A stretch of 24,110 nucleotides of DNA. Origin: a virus. Taxonomy: Duplodnaviria; Caudoviricetes. The DNA lies in IMG/VR virus record IMGVR_UViG_3300025114_000048, positions 1-24,110 of that record. One strand, written 5' to 3'. The notes under the pieces are model-generated. The model saw only the letters and a program-made list of their open reading frames with translations. It was not told the DNA's origin and did no database searches. Positions 17,517 through 23,460 of this stretch are shown here, piece by piece (within the stretch, counting starts at the first letter, position 1; every line of letters begins with the position of its first letter). The position numbers and the translations under genes are program-made.

Positions 17517-17851
17517 TGCCTGATATAATTTCTTTGGGGCTTGAAGATGCAACAGCCAGCGATTTAAAACCAAAACCCCCGCCTCGCCTCGCGCCACAGG
17601 GGATCCGCACGTTTACTGTTTGTCGCCAAAAAGACGAAACGGGCGTATCTGGCGAAGGTGTTGTTATTGAAGGAGTCCTATTAGCATCCGGCCACTGCAT
17701 AGTTCATTGGCTTTACCCGCCTCCGCGCGGAGGCTTGGCTATCTTTGATTCTCTTCAAGATTTTGAAAAGGTCCATATTAGGCCCCATCCTACAAATAAA
17801 ACAATTCTGACGTTTGAAGATGGTGAGCAAACTATTTATGATGGTGGTTAA
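17516..17851 (+). CDS. phage hypothetical protein (DETGVSGEGVVIEG motif)
   Basis: 111 aa, RBS GGGAG; the motif R..D.TGVSG.G...EG is recalled from phage hypothetical proteins. Confidence 0.75.
   Translation: MPDIISLGLEDATASDLKPKPPPRLAPQGIRTFTVCRQKDETGVSGEGVVIEGVLLASGHCIVHWLYPPPRGGLAIFDSLQDFEKVHIRPHPTNKTILTFEDGEQTIYDGG
17831..17838 (+). promoter_or_regulatory. putative late promoter motif ACTATTTA
   Basis: 15 nt before the nucleotidyltransferase ATG, inside the end of the upstream ORF. Confidence 0.5.
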
Positions 17852-17853
17852 AT

Positions 17854-18750
17854 ATGAATGAATGGCAAGAACATATTAGTTTATTAAAAGAAGATGCAAA
17901 TTTTAAAAAGCGAATTCGCAGCTATATTAAGGATCGGCACGAACTGTTAGGTGTTGGTGGTCAAGAAAATAGCGCCCCCTATACTCAAAAGATGCCAACG
18001 CATGTTACCTTTGATAAACAGTTAGAGGAAGAAATAGAGATCGACATGGCTGGATTTAGAATCCATGATGAACTTGATTCGCAGATGTGGAAAGACGATA
18101 AGCTACACGATGAGATCCGCGCAAAATTAATAGAAATCGCAAAAGACTTTATCGAGGGACTCCCAATTGATGTGCAAATTGAAGATATAACGCTGACGGG
18201 CTCACTGGCAAACTATAACTGGTCAAAACATTCTGATGTTGATTTACATATCGTTGCTAACTTTTTAAAGATTGATGAAAATATAGAATTAGTTAAGGCA
18301 TTTTTTGATGCACACAGAATGCGCTGGAATGACCTACATGATATAAAAATTAAAGGATATGATGTAGAGGTATATGTGGAAAACAAAGACGAGGAACACC
18401 ACTCCACGGGCGTTTATTCAATAACGAATGGCGAATGGGCAACTCACCCGGAGCAAATTGACAGAGTAATTGATTTAGAAACAGCTTTGAAGAAGGCAAA
18501 CGACATTGATGAACAAACAAATGCTGTGCGAGATATGTTTAAAGAAGGCGAATACGAAAAGGTTATGCGAAATGTTGATCGCATAAAAAATAAGATTCGC
18601 AGTATGCGATCTGCCGGTCTCGAAAGTGAAGAAATGGAATTTTCTCCTGAAAATATTGCATTTAAAATGTTGCGCCGTGCCAAGGTGTTGAATAAACTTA
18701 CACGCTTAAAGTATAATGCTTATGATAAATCAAAAACACTGGATGATTAA
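17854..18750 (+). CDS. Pol-beta superfamily nucleotidyltransferase
   Basis: TLTGSLANYNWSKHSDVDLHIV (hGS..DxD) and third carboxylate in GYDVEVYVE; helical C-terminus ending EFSPENIAFKMLRR. Confidence 0.88.
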   Translation: MNEWQEHISLLKEDANFKKRIRSYIKDRHELLGVGGQENSAPYTQKMPTHVTFDKQLEEEIEIDMAGFRIHDELDSQMWKDDKLHDEIRAKLIEIAKDFIEGLPIDVQIEDITLTGSLANYNWSKHSDVDLHIVANFLKIDENIELVKAFFDAHRMRWNDLHDIKIKGYDVEVYVENKDEEHHSTGVYSITNGEWATHPEQIDRVIDLETALKKANDIDEQTNAVRDMFKEGEYEKVMRNVDRIKNKIRSMRSAGLESEEMEFSPENIAFKMLRRAKVLNKLTRLKYNAYDKSKTLDD

Positions 18751-18980
18751 TGGAATTTGAAGAAATAACAGAAGATGCAAAAGTTTTTCCTGGTGAATTT
18801 TTATTGCACGTGCCCAAAAAAACAATTGTGGTGTGCGGTGCCTTTAAGGGTGACACAATCCGCGTCCTAGATAACGGCAGGCTTGTTGAAGATAAAGTTC
18901 AAAACTTTAAAAAAATAAAGCTAAATGATAATGAAAGAGAAGAGAGATATGTTTCTCGGTGTAAGGGGTGTGGCCGATAA
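18750..18980 (+). CDS. small hypothetical protein (SH3-like, terminal CxxC)
   Basis: TAATG overlap; 76 aa ending CKGCGR. Confidence 0.7.
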   Translation: MEFEEITEDAKVFPGEFLLHVPKKTIVVCGAFKGDTIRVLDNGRLVEDKVQNFKKIKLNDNEREERYVSRCKGCGR

Positions 18981-19136
18981 ATGGGGGACGAAGCAGACAA
19001 AATAAAACAATTTTGCCTGATCCAGCTGGAAATTTTAAAAGAGCGCGAAGCGCGCCTTAGAAAGCAAATTCTCGACTGCAACATCCAGAAGGAATTTTTA
19101 ACCAGCATCCTTTTGGAATTAGACCACGATGACTAA
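18981..19136 (+). CDS. 51-aa coiled-coil protein not in the ORF track (MGDEADKIKQF...)
   Basis: ATG immediately after the upstream TAA; fills the gap exactly and overlaps the next start. Confidence 0.65.
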   Translation: MGDEADKIKQFCLIQLEILKEREARLRKQILDCNIQKEFLTSILLELDHDD

Positions 19137-19392
19137 AATTTATACATATTGTCTTTTTGATCATGATGATAACTTTGAAGGCGTCTACTCATCGCTTAAG
19201 GCTGTATATCGTGATGCCCTGCGTCTTTCAAATAGAGGCCATGGCGAAGTTCGCATGTCCACGCCGCAAGGCTGGGAAAAACCTTCATTAACTGGCCTGA
19301 GAAACTTGCTAAAAGGCCAGTTTGATGTTATAATATTATTCCGCTCGGGTGCGAGTGGTGCAAAAATTCTTAAAACAAGACTAAGGGAGTAA
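19129..19392 (+). CDS. hypothetical protein
   Basis: 87 aa; IYTYCLF...GVYSSLKA pattern typical of small phage proteins. Confidence 0.7.
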   Translation: MTKIYTYCLFDHDDNFEGVYSSLKAVYRDALRLSNRGHGEVRMSTPQGWEKPSLTGLRNLLKGQFDVIILFRSGASGAKILKTRLRE

Positions 19393-19394
19393 AG

Positions 19395-19511
19395 TTGGAC
19401 GAACACGAAAGTATTGTAAGATACTGCATGGAACAAAATATTGTTTGCGAGAATCCTTTTTGGATGCCTACGCAGCAATTAGACACACCAAGGATAAAGG
19501 AGGAAATTTAA
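19395..19511 (+). CDS. 38-aa ORF not in the ORF track (TTG start, MDEHESIVRYC...)
   Basis: GGGAG RBS upstream; its stop overlaps the next ATG (TAATG). Confidence 0.5.
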   Translation: MDEHESIVRYCMEQNIVCENPFWMPTQQLDTPRIKEEI

Positions 19512-19708
19512 TGCTAGCATGGCAAGAGGCGCGGTATAATGACTTAGAAGCTGAAAATGACCGTTTAATCGGGCTACTTGAAGAGTCGCATGCGCTGTTG
19601 GCAGATTATGCGGACATAGTTACCGCGCAAAAAGACATGCCGTCAGAATATGTCTTTGTGATCAAATCTTTAATTAATAAAATTGCAGAGTATGTAGAAA
19701 TTCAATGA
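19511..19708 (+). CDS. hypothetical coiled-coil protein
   Basis: ATG 19511 with strong RBS AAGGAGG; 65 aa. Confidence 0.72.
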   Translation: MLAWQEARYNDLEAENDRLIGLLEESHALLADYADIVTAQKDMPSEYVFVIKSLINKIAEYVEIQ

Positions 19709-19968
19709 TTTTTAAGATTTATGGCATTACCGATTGTCCATCATGCTTGCGCGCATGCGCAGATTTAATGGACTGCTACCCGGAGAAAGAATATGTTTTT
19801 GTTGATGCAGGTTTTTCAAAAAAATATAGAAAGATGCTGCAGCAGAAATTTAAATGGGCAACTTTCCCAATTATAGTCACAGTAAGCGCCGAGGGAAACG
19901 AGGACTTAGTTGGCGGATATGATGACTTATCATACGTTCTTGGTAAAGAATTAACAGAACCTGTCTGA
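19705..19968 (+). CDS. glutaredoxin-like protein
   Basis: IYGITDCPSC, TFPII, VGGYDDL. Confidence 0.88.
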   Translation: MIFKIYGITDCPSCLRACADLMDCYPEKEYVFVDAGFSKKYRKMLQQKFKWATFPIIVTVSAEGNEDLVGGYDDLSYVLGKELTEPV

Positions 19969-20006
19969 AGTATGTGACGTTGTTCGGCGAACGGCATAGT
20001 TAATAT

Positions 20007-20264
20007 GTGGGATTAAAACGGGGCGATTTAATAAGATGGGTAGTTGACTATGACGCCTTTGAGGCTGGAGCGACGTTGCGGCCTATCAGGCCAGTATATG
20101 CATATGGAATAATTATAAAAGTTTCCAACAAAGAACCAGATTGTGTGGTGGTGTTTCAAATCAGCGGCCTTTCTGGGCTACTTTACAAACGAAGAAAAAC
20201 GGATAATGCAATAAAACATCTTCACATGGCGCATGATGTTCTTGAAGTAATAAGTGGTGGATAG
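20007..20264 (+). CDS. small SH3/KOW-like hypothetical protein
   Basis: LKRGDLIRW...YGIIIKV...LEVIS pattern; GTG start. Confidence 0.65.
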   Translation: MGLKRGDLIRWVVDYDAFEAGATLRPIRPVYAYGIIIKVSNKEPDCVVVFQISGLSGLLYKRRKTDNAIKHLHMAHDVLEVISGG

Positions 20265-20270
20265 GGGGTC

Positions 20271-20315
20271 TTGACATTTCTTTGACTTGACGTTACGCGC
20301 GCTTTGTGCTATATT
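20271..20315 (+). promoter_or_regulatory. sigma70 promoter TTGACG-N17-TATATT with upstream TTGAC repeats
   Basis: TTGACATTTCTTTGACTTGACG, then TGC-TATATT with the -10 at 20310-20315. Confidence 0.8.
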
Positions 20316-20321
20316 ATAGAT

Positions 20322-20771
20322 ATGACAACAACACCAAAGGAATATGATTTTGGACCGCCCACAGAACGGATATTAGAGATTAGTGGCCGCATCGCCCGGC
20401 ATGTTAATCGAGCACGCCAAATTGCGTCAACATCTGAATTTCCAGATTACCGTCACGGTGCAGTCTTGGTGCGCGGTGGGTCCGTAATCAATACCTCCGC
20501 CAACAAGGATAGCTTCTGCTCATTTGGCAACCGATTTAGAGTCAAACAAAAGGGAGTTGCCACAGTTCATGCAGAACTTGGCTGTATTTTGGGCATCGAC
20601 AAGAGCAAAACCGAAGGCACTACATTGTATGTTGTTCGTGTTGGTAAAAGTGGCGACCTTAAACTATCAAAGCCGTGCCCTATGTGCTATGCTGCGCTAA
20701 AGCACGCGGGTATTAAAAAGGTTGTATTTTCATTGAACAGTCACACTTGCGGAAGTTATAAAATCAAATGA
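20322..20771 (+). CDS. zinc-dependent cytidine/dCMP deaminase-fold protein
   Basis: HGAVLV, HAE, TLYVVR, SKPCPMC, GIKKVVFS. ATG 20322 lies at about the predicted transcription start, so the mRNA may be leaderless. Confidence 0.88.
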   Translation: MTTTPKEYDFGPPTERILEISGRIARHVNRARQIASTSEFPDYRHGAVLVRGGSVINTSANKDSFCSFGNRFRVKQKGVATVHAELGCILGIDKSKTEGTTLYVVRVGKSGDLKLSKPCPMCYAALKHAGIKKVVFSLNSHTCGSYKIK

Positions 20772-21091
20772 GGACATGCTCAGTGTGTGGCGATGCGGGC
20801 CACAATAAGCGCACGTGTCCTGAAAAAAGCCCACGACCACTCTCCGCAGCTAAGAGCACAATGGAGGGCTACGATATTGGTGACATTTATTATTTTAAAT
20901 CGTATGGTATGAAGCAGCCACATCAAGGAGAAATAGTTGCGGTTTATCCGAACGAGCCTGAGCTATGTGTTGATATGCGAGATTGGGTTGATGGCTCTAC
21001 GCGCGCCGTACCCGTCGCCATTCTCGCTCTTAAAAAATCCGATGCGACTAATAAATCCACCGAATACTTCTTGACAACAAACAATAATTAG
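20768..21091 (+). CDS. CCHC zinc-knuckle protein with a C-terminal SH3-like region
   Basis: CSVCGDAGHNKRTC fits C-X2-C-X4-H-X4-C; followed by YDIGDIYYF...GEIVAV. Confidence 0.78.
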   Translation: MRTCSVCGDAGHNKRTCPEKSPRPLSAAKSTMEGYDIGDIYYFKSYGMKQPHQGEIVAVYPNEPELCVDMRDWVDGSTRAVPVAILALKKSDATNKSTEYFLTTNNN

Positions 21092-21099
21092 GTTATTAT
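21071..21099 (+). promoter_or_regulatory. sigma70 promoter TTGACA-N17-TATTAT for tRNA-Lys
   Basis: TTGACA at 21071-21076, TATTAT at 21094-21099. Confidence 0.8.
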
Positions 21100-21112
21100 A
21101 ACAATAGGAATT

Positions 21113-21188
21113 GGGTTGTTAGCTCAGTAGGTAGAGCATCGGACTTTTAATCCGCAGGTCCAGGGTTCGATCCCCTGACGACCCACCA
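21113..21188 (+). tRNA. tRNA-Lys (UUU)
   Basis: Acceptor GGGTTGT/ACGACCC, D-arm GCTC..GAGC, loop CT-TTT-AA, T-arm CAGGG TTCGATC CCCTG, encoded CCA; 76 nt. Confidence 0.96.
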
Positions 21189-21210
21189 TCTTATATAAGG
21201 AGAACGAAAA

Positions 21211-21393
21211 ATGATTTTATTGCTATTGATGGCTTTTGACCAGCCGGTGCCGCCAGAATGTGTTATTGATCGCTGCGAAGGCAAGATATGCATAGTTGGA
21301 ACACCAGAAGGATGGGTGGAGATTGATCGCAAGCCCTACCACCATGAAGGAAAAGAGATTGAGTGCCCCTTTTGGTTGGTTGACCCAAGATAA
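21211..21393 (+). CDS. small protein with a hydrophobic N-terminus and DUF3006-like VIDRCEG motif
   Basis: RBS AAGGAG; 60 aa; four Cys. Confidence 0.65.
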   Translation: MILLLLMAFDQPVPPECVIDRCEGKICIVGTPEGWVEIDRKPYHHEGKEIECPFWLVDPR

Positions 21394-21406
21394 GCAAGGA
21401 GACGAA

Positions 21407-21601
21407 ATGAGGTTTACAGCGATTTTTATGGATATTGCAGGAAATTATTTAACAAAGTTTTTTGTAACTTGCCATGATAAGAACCAAGCGTGGAAGGAGA
21501 TTCTTTCGCAAACCCCCGAAGGACACAGTCTTGTCTTGATTATACCCGGTGAGCAACTTGTTTACTCACAAGATGACATTTCACTGACAAATGTAGCTTG
21601 A
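21407..21601 (+). CDS. hypothetical protein (MRFTAIFMD...)
   Basis: ATG 21407 with RBS AAGGAG; 64 aa. Confidence 0.7.
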   Translation: MRFTAIFMDIAGNYLTKFFVTCHDKNQAWKEILSQTPEGHSLVLIIPGEQLVYSQDDISLTNVA

Positions 21602-21626
21602 CAAAAACAGCTATCGTGGTTATATT
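21598..21626 (+). promoter_or_regulatory. sigma70 promoter TTGACA-N17-TATATT for tRNA-Arg and the tRNA-like RNA
   Basis: TTGACA at 21598-21603, TATATT at 21621-21626; upstream TGACA copies at 21574 and 21585. Confidence 0.82.
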
Positions 21627-21634
21627 ATATATAG

Positions 21635-21711
21635 GCTTCGATAGCTCAGTTGGATAGAGCATCGGCCTTCTAAGCCGAGGGCCGCAGGTTCGAGTCCTGC
21701 TCGGAGTACCA
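21635..21711 (+). tRNA. tRNA-Arg (UCU)
   Basis: Acceptor GCTTCGA/TCGGAGT, anticodon arm TCGGC CT-TCT-AA GCCGA, T-arm GCAGG TTCGAGT CCTGC, encoded CCA; 77 nt. Confidence 0.96.
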
Positions 21712-21714
21712 CAT

Positions 21715-21794
21715 GGGGGTGTATCTCCTCCGTCTTATAAGCGGTAGAAAGAGTAACTGGTCACACGTGGGTTCAAGTCCCACCTCCCCTACCA
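21715..21794 (+). ncRNA. non-canonical tRNA-like RNA with a UAU (Ile) anticodon loop and no canonical D-arm
   Basis: Acceptor GGGGGTG/CTCCCCT + A + CCA; T-arm GTGGG TTCAAGT CCCAC; hairpin CCGT CT-TAT-AA GCGG; D-loop-like AACTGGTCA 3' of the anticodon arm; starts 3 nt after tRNA-Arg. Confidence 0.8.
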
Positions 21795-21798
21795 TTTT

Positions 21799-21990
21799 AT
21801 GAAACTATTTAAAATAAGAGGTCGCGACATACGCGCCCACAAACCAAAAGGAGTGGTAATAACTTTTTGGCTCGGCGCAGAAACTCAAGAAAAAGCCTTG
21901 AAAATGTGCGAAGAAAAGGGTATAATAGAAATTGAAAGTATCGAAGATGATACGGAGACTCATCAATGGGCAGAAGGGAAGAAATGTTAA
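21799..21990 (+). CDS. hypothetical protein
   Basis: 63-aa ORF directly after the tRNA-like RNA; no clear RBS. Confidence 0.6.
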   Translation: MKLFKIRGRDIRAHKPKGVVITFWLGAETQEKALKMCEEKGIIEIESIEDDTETHQWAEGKKC

Positions 21991-22205
21991 CAAAAGGACA
22001 AAAGAGATATATGGAAGAATATGAAAAATACATGGATGTTGTAGTTGAGCCAGGTTTTTATTTTAATAAGAACCGCCCGGTCGTTGAATATGAAGTATTG
22101 TCCATTGGGCTTGACGAGGCAACCATTAAAACTGTTAAGTCTGGTCATGTTACAACCAAGACGCTGCACTGGTGCAGAAAGAATTTGGCGAGGATAAGCC
22201 AATAA
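21984..22205 (+). CDS. hypothetical protein (MLTKGQKRY...)
   Basis: ATG 21984 after purine-rich AAGGGAAG; 73 aa. Confidence 0.68.
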   Translation: MLTKGQKRYMEEYEKYMDVVVEPGFYFNKNRPVVEYEVLSIGLDEATIKTVKSGHVTTKTLHWCRKNLARISQ

Positions 22206-22209
22206 TTAT

Positions 22210-22285
22210 TGGGGTGTAGCATAATTGGCAGTGCATCCGGTTGTTACCCGGAAGGTTGGTGGTTCAAGTCCACCCGCCCCAGCCA
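22210..22285 (+). tRNA. tRNA-Asn (GUU)
   Basis: Acceptor TGGGGTG/CGCCCCA, G73, CCA; anticodon arm TCCGG TT-GTT-AC CCGGA; T-arm GGTGG TTCAAGT CCACC; 76 nt. Confidence 0.95.
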
Positions 22286-22340
22286 TAGGTTTAATAAGTG
22301 ATATATGTGGAATATATTTTTTAATAAAAAGGAGAAAAAA

Positions 22341-22538
22341 ATGCCCACTACTGAAACAGGTGCCACTAAGGCACTTAAAAATACCGTTAGCCGTCAAAAG
22401 GCAACAATTGTTGCATTACAAAAAAGACTTGGCGTGCTAACAGATGACATTCACATGCTGCAAAGAGATTTGAGTAAGTTTAAGAAGAATGTTGCTGCCG
22501 ATATTAATGAACTTTTTGATAGGGTGGGCGCTGACTAA
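22341..22538 (+). CDS. small coiled-coil hypothetical protein
   Basis: ATG 22341 with RBS AAGGAG; 65 aa. Confidence 0.72.
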   Translation: MPTTETGATKALKNTVSRQKATIVALQKRLGVLTDDIHMLQRDLSKFKKNVAADINELFDRVGAD

Positions 22539-22540
22539 CT

Positions 22541-22717
22541 ATGAGCTACCATGACGGGTACGATCCCCGGCGAGAGGGAATCTCGGTTGTTAATCCTTTG
22601 ATTAGGATTGAAAGAAAGTTTGATAAAATTAAAAAATTACTTGCAAACAATGAGGCGCTAGCGGGCCTCAGTGCCATGGATTTAAAAAGCGTAATCGAAG
22701 AAATTTTAAATGAATGA
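22541..22717 (+). CDS. 58-aa hypothetical protein not in the ORF track (MSYHDGYDPRREG...)
   Basis: ATG 2 nt after the upstream stop; open to TGA at 22715-22717. Confidence 0.6.
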   Translation: MSYHDGYDPRREGISVVNPLIRIERKFDKIKKLLANNEALAGLSAMDLKSVIEEILNE

Positions 22718-22826
22718 ATTTTATATGAAGAAGGCCGCAGTCCCACGCGCGGCAAAGGATGCGGCTGGCATCTGTGGTGCGGAATTATTAAAAATTTTGG
22801 AACTTTACAACTAAGGAGGAAGCAAA

Positions 22827-22970
22827 ATGAAAAAATTTATTAACTATGCATTTAAATTCATGGTTGTTTACTTAGTGATTAATTGGCTTGCCGATAATCC
22901 TAACGCAATTAGTGATGTACGTAATGGGCTCAATGGCGCGGTAAACAAAGGCATTAGTACCGTTAGATAG
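22827..22970 (+). CDS. 47-aa membrane-anchored peptide not in the ORF track (MKKFINYAFKFMVVYLVINW...)
   Basis: Strong RBS AAGGAGG; one hydrophobic segment; stop TAG at 22968-22970. Confidence 0.7.
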   Translation: MKKFINYAFKFMVVYLVINWLADNPNAISDVRNGLNGAVNKGISTVR

Positions 22971-22974
22971 CCGC

Positions 22975-23018
22975 TTGACATTTTCTTTACTTGACTAATG
23001 TATGTGAGTGACTATATT
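22975..23018 (+). promoter_or_regulatory. sigma70-type promoter TTGACT-N16-TATATT with an upstream TTGACA
   Basis: TTGACATTTTCTTTACTTGACT, TATATT at 23013-23018. Confidence 0.7.
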
Positions 23019-23046
23019 AGATTATATCCAAAGAAGGTAAATCAAC

Positions 23047-23265
23047 ATGAAGGCCGGTGATCTTGTAAGATATATTCCGAGCCCATCGGCCACATTTAAA
23101 TGGCGCAAATATGAAGAGAGCAAAAAGAGCTTTCCGGGCGTTATTTTATGCCAGGTAGATGCGATAGGCACGACGACTCGGCGCTTTAAGATCCGTTGGC
23201 ACGATGGAGAAATTACAGAAGAATGGATAAGCCATCTGGAACCCTTTGACAACTCTTTGACTTGA
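23047..23265 (+). CDS. small SH3/KOW-like hypothetical protein
   Basis: MKAGDLVRY...GVIL...KIRWHDG...HLEP; RBS AAGGT. Confidence 0.72.
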   Translation: MKAGDLVRYIPSPSATFKWRKYEESKKSFPGVILCQVDAIGTTTRRFKIRWHDGEITEEWISHLEPFDNSLT

Positions 23266-23290
23266 CTTGGTGCCGTTTCGGTGCTATATT
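23246..23290 (+). promoter_or_regulatory. sigma70 promoter TTGACT-N17-TATATT with upstream TTGAC repeats
   Basis: TTGACAACTCTTTGACTTGACT, then TGC-TATATT with the -10 at 23285-23290. Confidence 0.8.
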
Positions 23291-23310
23291 ATAGGTACAA
23301 GGAGAAAAAC

Positions 23311-23460
23311 ATGATCGAAGTTGGTTCACTACTCAGAATGTGGGGCAACCATAGCACCTGGCTCGCTCTCGATGAGATTGCAGGCACAGTGTTGGTTATC
23401 AACCAAAAAACAAACTACAAGATGTGGGCAGACAAAGCCGCTTTTGAGGTGATAGGGTGA
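23311..23460 (+). CDS. 49-aa SH3-like protein not in the ORF track (MIEVGSLLRMW...)
   Basis: RBS AAGGAG; first gene after the promoter; GTGA overlap with the next gene. Confidence 0.72.
   Translation: MIEVGSLLRMWGNHSTWLALDEIAGTVLVINQKTNYKMWADKAAFEVIG

Noticed and set aside
19970-20000. Possible hairpin between glutaredoxin and the next ORF
   Set aside because: Only short imperfect pairing (CGTT/AACG) and no T tract.
22733-22783. HDV-like (theta) or twister ribozyme suggested by the TCCCACGC loop
   Set aside because: No P3 pairing around the loop and no twister UAA/GAG core; kept only as an unassigned structured candidate.
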